This document shows, piece by piece, positions 24,901-38,121 of a stretch of DNA of 64,000 nucleotides. The stretch lies in assembly GCA_023920165.1 (NCBI GenBank), contig CP089276.1, positions 2,666,001-2,730,000 on the forward strand. Direction: 5' to 3'. A model generated the notes under the pieces. That model was not told where the DNA came from and ran no database searches. It worked only from the letters and a program-made list of their open reading frames with translations. Every line of letters begins with the position of its first letter. Position 1 is the first letter of the stretch. The stretch is from Curvularia clavata (Eukaryota). The position numbers and the translations under genes are program-made.

Positions 24901-27463
24901 CCTTCATCCCAGCTCTCGATGGCTCTTACCCTCGCGATCACGAACATGCTCCTGTTGTTACCCAACTGGCGCTGGTATGTCTGGAGATTGCGTTGGCGCA
25001 TTACTGGGCTTCCCTGGGTGTCAAGCCTGACGTTGTCATGGGACATTCTCTAGGAGAGTACGCCGCTATGCATGTCGCTGGAGTCATCAGTGCCAACGAC
25101 GCTATCTACATGGTTGGTTCTAGGGCCCTGATGCTTCAGAAGTCATGCGAAGCAGGTAGTCACTGCATGATGGCTGTTCGCGCATCTCTAGAATCCATTA
25201 TCGCGGCATCGAATGGCAAGCCCCACACTTTAGCCTGTATCAATGGTCCGACCGATACAGTGCTAAGCGGTACCAAGGCACAGATGGATGACATCGCAGT
25301 AGATCTCGAGGCGGCTGGTTTCCGCTGCATCAAGCTCAACGTTGCGTTTGCATTCCACTCCGAACAGGTTGACCCTATCCTTGATGAATTCGAGGCGATC
25401 AGCAAGAGCGGTGTCATATTCCACGAACCCAAGTTGCCTGTAATTTCACCCCTACTTGGCAAGGTTGTCTTTGATGCGCGAACATTGAACGCCAGTTATG
25501 TGCGCAATGCTACTCGAGCGACTGTCGACTTCCTTTCTGCCGCAAGGAATGCTACTGAAGTGTCGATCATCAGCGATGAAACCGTTTTTATGGAAATGGG
25601 CCCTCACCCTGTTTGTGTCGGATTCATCAAGTCGATTCTCCCATCGGTAAAGACTGCTGTGCCATCGATCCGTCGTGGCGACAACAACTGGAAGACTATC
25701 TCCGAGAGTGCTGCAGCTATTCATCTCGATGGCGTCGAGCTAGACTGGAACGAATTCCACCGTCCTTTCTCTAGTGCGGTGCGTCTGCTGGATCTCCCGA
25801 CATATGCCTGGGACGAGAAGAACTTCTGGATCCAATATAATGGCGACTGGTGTTTGACCAAGGGTAACACTTACTACGACAAGAAGGTTGAGAAGGTAGA
25901 ACCCGCCGTCAGCAATACCAAGAAGTACGAGTCTTTGAGCTCTTTGGTACAAAACATCATCGAAGTCGACGTGAAGGGAGACATGGGCAAAGTAGTCATG
26001 CAATCAGACATGATGCAGAAGGACTTCTTGGCTGCCGCCCACGGACACCAGATGAACAACTGTGGTGTTGTGACATCGGTAAGTTCTTGTCCATCTTTAA
26101 TCTTGCGATTTTCATATTCTTCTCTTGGACCTCACTAACAAGTTATCAGTCCATCCATGCCGATATCGCATTTACTTTGGGAGAGTACCTGTATCGCAAG
26201 TTCTATCCAAAGACCAAGCGGGTCGACATGAATGTCACCAACCTCCACGTGACGAGTGCTTTGATCGCCAAGAAGCACTCCATGGATACGCCGCAGAATA
26301 TTCAAGTCACTGCAAGCACAAACAACATCAAGAGCGGTGTTTTGGACTTGACATGGCAAAATGTCGGTGAAGACGGAAGCTGTTCGGAGCCATTCGCGAC
26401 AGCCAATCTCGAGTATGGCAATGCGGAAGAGTGGCTATCGAGCTGGAGTTTCGTGTCTCATTTGGTTCAGCACCGCATCGAGGCCCTAGAACAACTAGCT
26501 GCTGAGGGCAAGGCCAACCGCCTTTCTCGCAACATGGCCTACACTCTTTTCGCAAAGAATTTGGTTGACTACGCGGATAAATACCGAGGCATGCAGTCTG
26601 TCGTCATGAACGATCTGGAAGCATTCGCGGATGTCAAGCTTACCGACAAGGTCGACAGCGGAACATACACTGTACCGCCGTACTTCATCGACAGTGTGGC
26701 CCATCTTGCAGGATTCATTATGAACTGTTCCGACAGCATCGACACAACCAACAACTACTGTGTCACGTCCGGATGGAAGTCGATGAGATTCGCTGAGCCC
26801 TTGACCCCTGGAGCCAGATACCGGTCTTACGTTAAGATGATCCCTACTAAGGAAGATCCATCAGTCTACCTTGGTGATGTGTACATTCTGAACGCTGAAG
26901 GCAATGCTATCGTAGGTATGGTGGGCGGCATTCACTTCCGCCGCTTCCCACGCATCCTCCTCAACCGTTTCTTCACCGCTCCACAGCCCACAAAGGGAAC
27001 AACAGGTCAGCAAGCAAAGGCTGCTCCTGTAGAGAGCAAGCCAGCTGTCAGCAAGTCTGCACCACGCAGTGTGGAAGCTCCTCCTGTTGTCCAAGAAATC
27101 TCTGTTGATACTAAGGAAGAGGACACTCAGTCTTCGGAAAGCGACTTGGATGACCACGACACACCTTCGGTATCTTCAGAGAACACATCCGCCACTAGTG
27201 TTGATGTTCCCGTTGCTGCAGCCCCTGCAAGCGACAGCACATTCGGCAAAGCACTTGTGCTCATTGCCAATGAAACTGGCATCGATAGCTCAGAGCTTAC
27301 GGACGATGCTGAGTTTGCGAACCTGGGTATTGACAGTCTCATGTCCTTGGTTTTGTCCGAGAAGTTCCAGAAAGAGCTTAATGTAAAGGTGAATGGTAGT
27401 TTGTTCCTTGATTACCCAACTATTGGTGATCTTCGGGAGTGGTTGGAGAAGTACTATGGTTAG
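21908..27463 (+). CDS. Non-reducing polyketide synthase SAT-KS-MAT-PT-ACP without TE (group V, MdpG/atrochrysone carboxylic acid synthase-like), about 1794 aa
   Basis: Introns 22204-22250, 23659-23711, 26079-26149. KS DTACSS and HGTGT, MAT GHSLG, PT 'HGHQMN', ACP 'LGIDSLMS'; the protein ends right after the ACP. Confidence 0.95.
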
Positions 27464-27714
27464 TCATAGGTAATTTCTAAATTGTCTGGATTGTTGAATA
27501 TTCCAAGGGATGTTTTGTTGGTTTTCTTTCATTTTGATAGTTGGTATTTGGTTGGTTTGTTCTGTCTAATTACTTTCCTAGAATGTACGTAGTATCTTGG
27601 TGAATAGAAAACTTTTCGATAACTGGTTGTCTGAAAAGATCTGATTGTTACCTGCCATTTATCGAATAGCAAGCTCATTAGCCTTAACATGTTGGCACCA
27701 TTACAAGTTCAACT

Positions 27715-29639
27715 TTACTTCTTGGGAGGGCCGAGCTTGTACTGAGCCGGTCTCTCATACTTCGCCAAATCTCTCAACGCTTCTTCGCCTTCCCGGATGA
27801 TAGTCTGTTTAATTTCCTCGCTTCTAGGGATAAATCTGACTTTGAAGGGCTTGGGGCGCCAATTTGATCCGTTTCTATATCATTTTCAGTCTGGTTGCTG
27901 CACGATCAAACGGCGAGTGGCGATTCGCCGCAAGGGATTGCTTACGTATAGCTGAAGATATCAACAGGCATCTCTTTCCCTGTCTTCTGGTCAATAGCAG
28001 GCTGCACGCGATACGCCCACAACAATCTTGCAACACTGAGATGCGTTCCCTGCTCAGCTAGAGCTTGACCAGCGCAACTTCTCCTTCCCCATCCAAAAGT
28101 CATGTATCCCTTCTCACCTGGGAACGGCCTACGGTCTTCCGTATCAAGGAACCTCCTCGGATTGAAACGATCCGGGTCTGGAAACTCGCGCTCATTGTGA
28201 TGAATGGCCCATACGTTTCCTTGTATCCAAGTACCCTTTGGTATATAGTACCCATTCCAGTAGTCGTCTTGGATAGGCGCGTGAGGCTTTCCTCCGACGA
28301 TAGCAACTGAGCGCCAGCGGAAAACTTCTTTCACGAATGCTCGTACGTAAGGTAGCTCATCTTCGAGTGCTGGACTTCTTGTGTGGCCTACCACGCGGTC
28401 AAGCTCGTCCCATGCAGGCTGTAGGGTCTCGGGGAAGGCGCGCATAGCCATTACAGCTGTAATAAGAGTACTGCTAGAAGTATCTGCACCTGCACCAAAG
28501 AGATTGGAAGCAAGACTAGAAATCTCTCCATCAGTTAAATGGTACTGGGGTGCTTCGCGGAAGATAAACTTTGCATAGTTCTCTTCTGGACTCTGCTGCG
28601 CTTCTTCCGCCAGGGCATAGAAGAAATTATCACGACTGTACTTGGTTTTGTGAGGTGATTTAAAGTTTTTCATCCAGGGCGACATCCAACGTGGAAGCCT
28701 TGCTAGCCCTGTAATCTGGTTAAAATGAGATCGTTCTGAGATTTCGTACGGCTACTTACATGGAAAAGTCTCTAAGATTCGTGGGAAATCTTTCGCTACG
28801 ACAGCATAATGAGCAGCAGTTTGCATATGCGCAATCACTTCGGTTATCAAGGGGTCTTGACTGTCTGAGATGCGCCGCGCAAATCCAACTATAGAGACGA
28901 CGCTCGCTGCATAGCGTTCGAAGTGTGCGACGAATTGGTCAGGTGTGCTCAAAAGATCGTATACTACCACTTTATTCTCATTATCTTGGAAGTTTTGGTA
29001 ACTCAGGACCTAGAAAGAATCAGCACTGACCCACTACCCACGTCTTGTGTGCATCTCTTACTTTTTGTATGCCAACGCCGTGATGCGTAATTTTACGCAA
29101 GTTGCGGAATCTTTCCCTTTGCTCGTTGGTGTACGTGTATTTGTGTATAAGATTTTCTTGGCCATTCATCAATTCGCCGAATAAGAGCATAGCTGGCCTG
29201 GAATTGTAAACGTTGGAACGTTTGACAAGGATCTCATCGGCCGCCCATGCATCATTAATCCAGATTGTGGGCCGTCTGCACAAAATCAGCTCAGTTTACA
29301 CTCGAGTGACGATGACAACCAACCTTCCAATCCAAAACGTGATCACTGGGGAATCGTAATCTTTCGAGAGTTGCTCTATCATGTACCAGGGCTTTTCTTC
29401 CGGCAGATTAAGGCTGTTCCCAACGATCGGCCAAGGCAATGGCCCAGGTGGCTGCCAAACCGTCAGCGTCAAGCACACACGGACATGGGATTAATAAATT
29501 CAGATGATACCATTCGTCTTCTCAGGTACAGCATGCGGCCGTAATCTAAAATAAGGGCAACAACTCCTAGCCAGAGCAGCCATATAGCCAACGAGCCAGA
29601 AGCCGGGAAATGCCAACCTCCTGATGTCTGAGGTTCCAT
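27715..29639 (-). CDS. Cytochrome P450 monooxygenase (cluster tailoring enzyme)
   Basis: Multi-exon. N-terminal TM helix then PPGPLPWP, I-helix AGADTSS, EVFR (ExxR), PDRFNPRRF, heme motif FGWGRRSCAG; last exon ends ...LGPPKK*. Confidence 0.92.
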
Positions 29640-30425
29640 AGCGAGAGCGAAGAGCGCTAAGTGATATGACCAAGAACTTGAGATTGAAGCATGTATCATG
29701 ACTCCGCCCATAGTAAGCAGTGAATATTAAATACTCGAACACATTTGAGCCTCCTTGACCCCACATCCCCCGCACGCTGCCGCGGGGCATCTATTCCCCA
29801 GCTTACATTAGAAACTTTCAGGTAGCAATTATCGGGTTTCCAGTTATCTGCTGTCCAGATTCGTATATCTAATCAGCCGGCACATCCGGATATCGCAGAA
29901 GCAACACCTGGAGTACACGCGTTTCGCATGCACCATTGCTCCCTTCCTCGATAAGTTTTCTTGTACACCAAATATAGTACGCAGAAGTAAGTCAGCATAT
30001 GTTTCGTACCACATAGTGATTTGTATATGTATGCTGTGGGGTAGGAACGTAGCACGTGATGAGGCGTGAGGGGTATAAGTTGTTGATTGGGGGTCTGGGA
30101 GATAAAGACAGCTTCTTTCCTTCATCCTGCTTCAGCGAACGCTCATAACAAGTCTTATGACGATTCCTGCATCAGCCTACGAGCCAATGTCTACAAACCC
30201 CCCTGCTCGATTCTCCGCCATCTTACGATGGTCTTTTTATTTGGGTTGCAGTTCGTTTTCGCGGATGCACTTCTGCTCTGGGGCTAGCGTCGATGTCTGT
30301 TGACGCAACGTGGATGGCCTGGCACGCTTATGCGACAGGAATACAATGTTCGAACAGCGCTCGAGCATGCCTTGGAAAACCCTCATTCCTCGTATACGAA
30401 TGATTCAGCAGTCGCGCCCACCAGC

Positions 30426-31925
30426 ATGAGCGCAATACAGATATCCGGCGAAGCCTGCGAGGTACCAAATGGCATCCATGGCGTGAAGCGTAAGTCTCCA
30501 CTCGCGCTATGCAATGCAATGCACGTCACAGTCCAGGCCAAGCGCTCACAGTGTCAATGGCAACAGGCCGACGCAGCTCAACTGTGCTCAACCCGAGAAG
30601 CTATGTTAAGGAAGAGCTTTGGAAAAAAGCACCTGTGTTTACGGGCAGCACCTGTTTTGCGCCGCTCGAGGACGTGAAGAATATATTAATCACTGGCGGA
30701 GCAGGATTTATGTACGTTTTCGCACCGAGACCACTGAAAGTCGCGATCTGTGCGTCTCTTTGACTCAGCTGCGAGCAAAAGACTGATATGGATACAGAGC
30801 CTGTTGGTTTGCGCGCCATCTGGTCCTCACCTACCCCCATTACAATGTAGTGTCTTTGGACAAGTTGGATTACTGCGCAACACTCAACAACACGCGCATA
30901 CTCGACGGCAGACCAAACTTCGCGTTTGAGCATGGCGACATCACGTCACCCGCGACCGTAAAGCGCGTACTTCGAAGGCACAAGATTGACACCATATTCC
31001 ACTTCGCAGCGCAATCGCATGTCGATCTCAGCTTCGGCAACTCGTACGAGTTTACACAGACGAATGTTTTTGGAACACACGTCCTACTTGAGAGAGCGAG
31101 GGAACATGGCATCAACAAGTTTATTCACATCTCTACGGACGAAGTATATGGTGACGTACCTGTGGGAGCAGCGGATTTGGGTGAAACGAGCATACTGGCA
31201 CCGACAAACCCATACTCAGCCAGCAAGGCTGCGGCGGAAATGATGGTCAGCGCATACCGGAGTAGCTTCAAACTACCTCTGATCACGGTCCGAGCCAATA
31301 ATGTCTACGGGCCACATCAATTTCCCGAAAGTAAGCGACGTATACATCCAGAAAATAACGCATATCTGACCGTGGCGCAGAAATTATACCTAAATTTATA
31401 ATGCTCCTACAACGGAAGCAGAAGCTTCTCCTCCACGGCGACGGCTCCCCAACGCGACGCTATCTTTACGCTGGTGACATTGTAGACGCTCTAGACACGA
31501 TATTACACAAGGGCGACGTTGGACAGATCTATAACATTGCCTCCAAGGACGAGATATCGAACACGGAAATTTGCCGCCGTCTCCTGGACAATTTCGGCAT
31601 CCCGCGAGATACGCCCGCTGAATTTGCAGAATGGGTTCAACACACCGAGGATCGCCCCTTCAACGACCAACGCTATGCAACTGATGGTTCGAAGCTCAGT
31701 GCGCTAGGATGGGAACCTAAGATGAGCTTTGATGAAGGCCTCAGGACTACGGTAGATTGGTATCGCAGGTTTGGCGAGGTGTGGTGGGGCGACATCAGCA
31801 GGGTCCTGACGTCTTTTCCCGTTGTGACAGGAAATGAAATCAGGACAAAGGAGGAACACGAAGATCTGCCATCGTCTGATGGGGAGGGGACCCATGAAGA
31901 AGACAGTGCGATATGGACGACATAG
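30426..31925 (+). CDS. NDP (dTDP/UDP)-glucose 4,6-dehydratase, RmlB-like
   Basis: 'NILITGGAGF', 'HFAAQSHVDLSF', 'HISTDEVYG', YSASK, 'NNVYGPHQFPE', 'DRPFNDQRY'. Spliced; start uncertain (30426 or about 30557). Confidence 0.9.
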
Positions 31926-32772
31926 CGGAGCGTCTAGCATTGGGCGACGTCGGGCGGCGAAACAAACGATGTATTATGTGTGTGGACAGGTTGCACTAGA
32001 AGGCAGCATTAAGATACCCCAATGATGTATTCAGCATCTACAATTCGTCCTGGTCTTACTGCAGCTGCTTTTCCTGCTCTATTTTGGTGCGAATGTCTAT
32101 ATTCTTTTTCTTTTCCGTAACAATGCCCTTGCACAGCACACTGGCGCCTTGCGCGGGTGACACAACCAGGGCGCCGTAATGATATATGCAGGGACCAAAC
32201 AGTATGGGCCCAAGCATACAGCCCAACCTCGCGCAGTAACAAATCTTGGAGCGCTTCAGAACGCCGTAGATGACCTTCACAAGGTTGACGGTGTTCCTGA
32301 CGCATTGAGCAAGCATTGCAGTCCGAAGACCGGCTTTGGCCACGAATCTCTGGGTACACTGCCACAACCACGAGCGGTGGCGTTCTTGAACTCCGCCCTC
32401 CAGCTAGCGTCAGCTTCTGGGCGCTCGAGCGTATTGAAACACCAAACGCCCCGGCTACTGTCGCTCAAACACCGCTACCCTTCTTCCTCGCCAGCTTCAT
32501 ACATATATACACATAGAACCATCGTCGCCTCTTATTTCCCAATTTCCACGCCCCTTCGATCCCACGTCAAGTTACAGAGCGACGTCTGCTGTTGGCGCAA
32601 TCGATAAGACGCACCCCACAATTAACTAGCTGCCTCCGACCCGTCACCCCTACCACGACCCAACAGCGACCCCCGAACTCGTCTCGCTCATCCAGTACAC
32701 AAACACAGACCCCGTAACGTCCTCGAGTCCCCTCATATATTACCTGGAATTTGAGTATCCTAATCCTTCAAC

Positions 32773-34285
32773 ATGGGCTTGTTCGGCAAGAAGAAGGACA
32801 AGGGTGCTGAGGCTGAGGATAGCAACCGCTCCGCCCTTTTCGGCAACCGCAAGGGAAAAGAGAGCCCTGCAGCTCAAAACCCCTATGCCGCCCCTCCAGC
32901 AAACGACCCCTACGCCCAACCGCCTCCTTCGTACTCTTCTGGTGGCCAGGACAACTCCTACCGTCAGGAGAAGACACCAGCTGTGACCGGGCCAGGCCAG
33001 AGCTACGGACAGCGACCTGGTGGTTATGGTGCTCAGGGAGGTAGTTATGGCGCTCAGTCGGGATACGGAAACGACCGCTACGGTGGCGGTGCCCCTCAAC
33101 GCCCTGGTGGTTACGGCGGCCTTGGAAGAACTGCCTCGGACGATACCATGACCACTGACGCTGGCCGTAACGAGCTTTTCGGCAATGCTGCCCAACGACA
33201 ACAAGCACGACCCCAACAAGAATCCGGTGCATACGGACAGAGCGGCGCCTATGGTGACAGCCAGAGTGGTGGATATGGCGGCGGTGCTGGTGCTGGGGGC
33301 TACGGCTCTGCTCCTGGCGGCTACGGCACCTACGAAGATCGCCAGCTGACAGCTGAAGAGCAGGAAGAGGTCAGTTTACCAAATCTAATCAAGTACGACG
33401 TATTTGCTGACTTTGTTTTTTTCAATGTGACAGGAAGACATCAATGCCACCAAGCAAGAGATTAAGTTCATCAAGCAGCAGGATGTTTCTAGCACGAGAA
33501 ATGCTCTTCGTCTAGCTGAACAGGCATTGGAGACTGGCCGAGGAACCCTCGCCACTATGGCAGCACAAGGAGAGCGCATTCACAAGTATATCAGCCCTTA
33601 CTCAGCTATTTTGTATCGCCTCTAATACTTTACCAGCACCGAGCGTAACCTCGACCTCGCCTCGATCCAGAGTGACAGGGCTTCGGGACAGACTAAGGAG
33701 CTGGCTCGTAAGTACCCGATCCAGGCCGAAACTCCAACATAAAAAGCTGACTTTCTCCAGGTATCAACGCAAGCATGTTTTCCGTCGTGCCCAACCCCTT
33801 TACCGGCAACTCGAAACGCGAGAAGGAGATGCAGCGAGCCATGGACCAGCACGCACGTGATCGCGAGACTCGTGAAGCAACAAATCGGGCTGCCTGGGAA
33901 TCAGCAGCACGTGTGAACCAGGCCCAACGGGGAATGCAAGGCGCTGCTGCGGGCGCAGGTGGCAAGAAGGCCTCGCTCGCCCAACGATCAAAGTACCAAA
34001 TGGAGCCGGATTCCGAGGACGATGAGATGGAGAACGAGATTGAGAACAACTTGGGTATGTGTTCTTTTTTTTTTCCCTCATGATGTACATTGTCGGAGCA
34101 AAAGGCTAACATGACATGCACCAGATCAACTACACATTGCTGCAAAGAGCCTGAACCAGCTCGGTCGCGCTATGGGCACCGAAGCCGACAAGCAGAACGA
34201 GCACATTACCCGCATTACGGGCAAGACAGATGCTGTCGACGACAAGATTGCAAGGAACAGGCTCAAGTTGGATCGTATCCATTAA
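32773..34285 (+). CDS. SEC9: Plasma-membrane t-SNARE Sec9 (SNAP-25 family)
   Basis: G/Y/Q-rich N-terminus, then SNARE helices 'EEEDINATKQEIKFIKQQDVSSTRNALR' and 'EMENEIENNLDQL...QNEHITRITGKTD'; four introns. Confidence 0.9.
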
Positions 34286-34624
34286 ACTTTCAATTGCGTC
34301 TGGAGTTGTTTTTTGTTCGTGTTCTGTGCAAAAGAAGAAAATCTTAGCTGTACATGTCGCATAGTTGGTCCTTGAGGGAAGGACAGCTTCTCAAACACTT
34401 AAAACATGGATGAGATGATAGGCTTGAATTGCATCTGGGCGTTTTTCCGTCTCGGGCTCTTCTATTGTGGATGTCATTGTCACATGCAAACTGTCATTTC
34501 CCATGTCCTTGAACTTTGGATCAAGACGTCTTCTTTCCATCATGTCAATAGTGATCAGAAGCAAAAAAAAAAAAAGCACAGAACGACATGTGCATTCATT
34601 ATTACAATACCTACCCTTTACATC

Positions 34625-37600
34625 TTACCCAAGCACCAACTTGTAACTCGCAATCTCAAATGCCCTAACCTCAATCTCCACGCCCGTCTCTTCCTGGCCC
34701 TCAGCCTCAGTCTTAAAAGACCCAATCTCAAGCTCGCCATTCTCCTCTTCATCCTCAAGCGCATTCACTCTAACCACCTTCTTAACATTCAAATCGCCCC
34801 AAGTAAGCACACCCTTGCTCTTTCCACCTAGCGCATCGTAGACGCGTAGAATAACGCAGTGCCCCTTCTTCACTGGCAACTCACCCCTGGAAACATCTTC
34901 ATCATCTTCACCACGCTTGATAGTGTCAAGAACCAGGTTTGGTGCCTTGTAGATATGGAAAGGGTTGAGCAAGCTACCGTGAAGCGCATCGACATGCTCG
35001 GCCTTGCGGCTGACAATCTTGAGAGGATTGTTGAATTCAAAGGCTTTGCGAATGGTGCGTTCGTCGAGGGGCCCCTCGTGTAGGAACATGGCGTAGCGTG
35101 TCTTGTGGTTGCCCATGTCGGCGTGGGCATCTGGGGCTTTGGCCGCGCGGAGCAGTGAGAGACGCATGACGTTGCCGGCGGTTGCGAAGCCGTATTTGTT
35201 GTCGTTGAGGATGGAGACACCGTATGTGGCTTCGGAGAGATCGGCCCATTTGTGGCAGCAGACTTCGAATTTGGCCATGTCCCAGGACGTGTTATAGTGG
35301 GTTGGCCTACGGATAATGCCAAATTGCGTCTCGTAGCTGGCTTCCGTGTTGACGATATCGACAGGGAATTCGACCTTGAGGAATTTCATTGTCTCGTGCC
35401 ATTCGATTTCAGTGTCGAATTCGATGGCCGACGGGGTGGCACCAGCTGCTGGCAAAGCCATTGTTGTTCTAACCCATGACTTATCCGAGATATTGGTAAC
35501 AATTTCCAAGCTCACGCGATGAGCGCTCTTCTCTGAGATGGTGACCTTGCTCGGCTTGAGCTCCTTGCGCGACTGAAGGTGATAGACTTCGACATCCCAG
35601 GCTTGCCAGTAAAGCGGCTTATCGTCAAAGATGACAAGCTGGCCAGCTTTAGCCCCCTTCGGAATCAATTCACGGCGGGCATGAACGTCATAGAGTGAGG
35701 TGATGGCACCATCGGTAACCTGTACAACAAGCCGAGAGTTGCGCATCTCAAAAACATCTGGGCGGATTTCTTTGATGGAAGCCTCGGACGTAGCCGACTG
35801 CGAAGTGATTGGAACAATGTCCAAAGCACCGAAGCCTTTTTGAGATTCGTTTGTGCACGCGAGACCATATCTGGGCTCAACTGGGGCCTTTCCTGAGTCT
35901 ATTTCTCCGCCAGGGAGCTTGACAATCTCACAGCGATTCCACGGCAGTGTGTTGATAGCCATAAGCTTACTCTCTTCGTCCCAGCTCTTGTTGTCATCGA
36001 AGCCCAGCTCAGCGAGCGCCTCGGAAAGCAGTCTCTCTCCAGTGGCGAATACAGAGGCATAGATCTAGTTTCATCAGTACCTTTCTTACATGAATGAGCA
36101 ATTGAGCAATAATGACTTACCCGATCAGAGTCATCGTAGCACATCTCGATCGAACTTCCGGGCAGGCAATCGTGGAATTGACATAGCAACACATTCTCCC
36201 ACATATCGTCAATGTCCTTCTTGGGATACTTGTATGAGCTTGTCTTTCCAAAGCCATTCTTGACACTCGCCAGCGTCGCAAGATATTCAATATCTCTGAG
36301 CATGATCTCAGACTTTCTGTTGTTACGCTTGTTGTTGGCCTGTGTGGTGTACGTTCCACGGTGGAGCTCAAAGTAAAGCTCACCATACCACGTTACCAGC
36401 TCAGTACCGTTTGCCACCTTCTTCTCTAGACGGTCAAAAAAGTCATCAGCCGAGTCACCGAGTTTGATGCGAGGTAGCAATCCGGTAGTGTCGCTCATAC
36501 CACGGCAACGCCTCAGCTTTTCCAAGTGCTGCCATGTTGGGCCGCCACCTCCGTCTCCCTTTCCGAAGACGAGTAGTGAAGTCTTATCCTGGTCAAGGGA
36601 CTTGTGTTGTGTGACACTCCGTTTTACATCACCAAAGTTGGCCTCACACGTGTAGGTTTCGCAGGGCGGCATGTGACAGATGACCTGGCTGTTGTCGAGA
36701 GCAACCCAATTGAAGGTGGTATGGGGGAAGTTGTTGATGTTGTTCCAACTCAGCTTTTGTGTTAGGAAGCGAGTCATTCCTGATATGCGGCAGACTTGCG
36801 GTAGCTGTGAGGAATATCCAAACGTATCTGGCAGCCAGAAGGTGCGGGTTCGCTGACCAAATCTACTTTCAAAGTAACGCTGGCCATACAAGAACTGCCT
36901 GATTAGAGATTCTCCACCAGGCAAGTTGGTATCGTGTTCGACCCAGCTGCCACCAATGGGCTGAAAGCTACCCTCCTTGACCTTTTTCTTGACGCGGTCA
37001 AATGTGGACGGGTAATACTGCTCCAGCCATTTGTACTGTTGTGGTTGGGAGCAACAGAAGCGCAACTCAGGGTATCTGTCAATGAGGTCACATTGGTTTG
37101 ACCATGATCGATTGACCTTGCGCTTGGTTTCGTCGAAGGGCCACAGCCAACACGTATCGATATGGCAGTACCCGATACCATGCACGATAGCTTCTTGGTC
37201 GCCTTCATAGACCTTGTGAGAATCTACGTCCTTTCCTACGTATTCGGCAGCAATCTTGCGTGCCGCCCTGATACTCTCTCGACTTCCATCGCCAGCGATG
37301 AAGGTATCCATGATGCGATTGCAGACTTGTTGGGCATCGTGGACCTGAGTGGAGTCCGAGGGGAACTCGCGAGCGGCGTCCGAGATCTCCCAAAAGTCAA
37401 AGTAGAGCCCTCTCGCGTCTAGGTTCACAGCCTGAACCTCAACAGTGTGCAGAGTGTAATACCGATCGGGTTTTGGCGGCTGGATCGAATCTCCTCCTGG
37501 TGCATTCCCAAACATGCCGTTGCAAGCCATCTCGATGTAGAAGGTGTGCTCCTTGCCGTCTCGGAATGACTTGGGCAGTATCCATTGTGTCCGCTCACCT

Positions 37601-38121
37601 CCGCCTGTCAGTCCATGCACGGTGTGTCCGTCTTCGGTCCAAATCAAACCCTCATTGTCTGCATCCCAGACGAATTCAAGATGTTCCTTGTCCAGCATGT
37701 ACTCTGGGAGTGTAAGTTGCACCTTGAACCAGTGCGTCGACCAGCTAGGACCGAAGGACTCGCCGACCTTGGTCGGATGGAACGCATGCGATGTTGCCTC
37801 TTTAAAGAGTGGACGTGACAGGTTTGGCGGCGAGTAGACGGATAGCTTGATCCAATCAGACCCTGACGCGACAGCTTCGGTGAGCTTGCTGTATGACGGA
37901 TAAGCATGACATGTTAAAGTCGATAGAGTAGTGACTATGGCCACCACGACTCAAACAGCTTACCCTATGAGGCTCTGTTCCCTATACTGGCCCCCATCAA
38001 AGAACTGTCTTAAGCGGCTCTCGTAGATGCTGTGGATCTGCTTGCCGACAGGGCCATCGGATAGCTTTGGGTAGTCGTGGACTACAGGCATAGGCACGCT
38101 GCGATGTGATTCTCCGCCCAT
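34625..38121 (-). CDS. AMS1: Alpha-mannosidase, glycoside hydrolase family 38
   Basis: '[12 protein letters not shown]', '[10 protein letters not shown]', '[12 protein letters not shown]', '[10 protein letters not shown]', '[15 protein letters not shown]'; ATG 38121, two introns. Confidence 0.93.

Noticed and set aside
803..29639. DHN-melanin or aflatoxin/dothistromin cluster interpretation
   Set aside because: The PKS lacks a TE/CLC domain and is paired with an MbL-thioesterase and EthD; there are no hexanoate FAS genes. The reductase and dehydratase fit the MdpC/MdpB roles.
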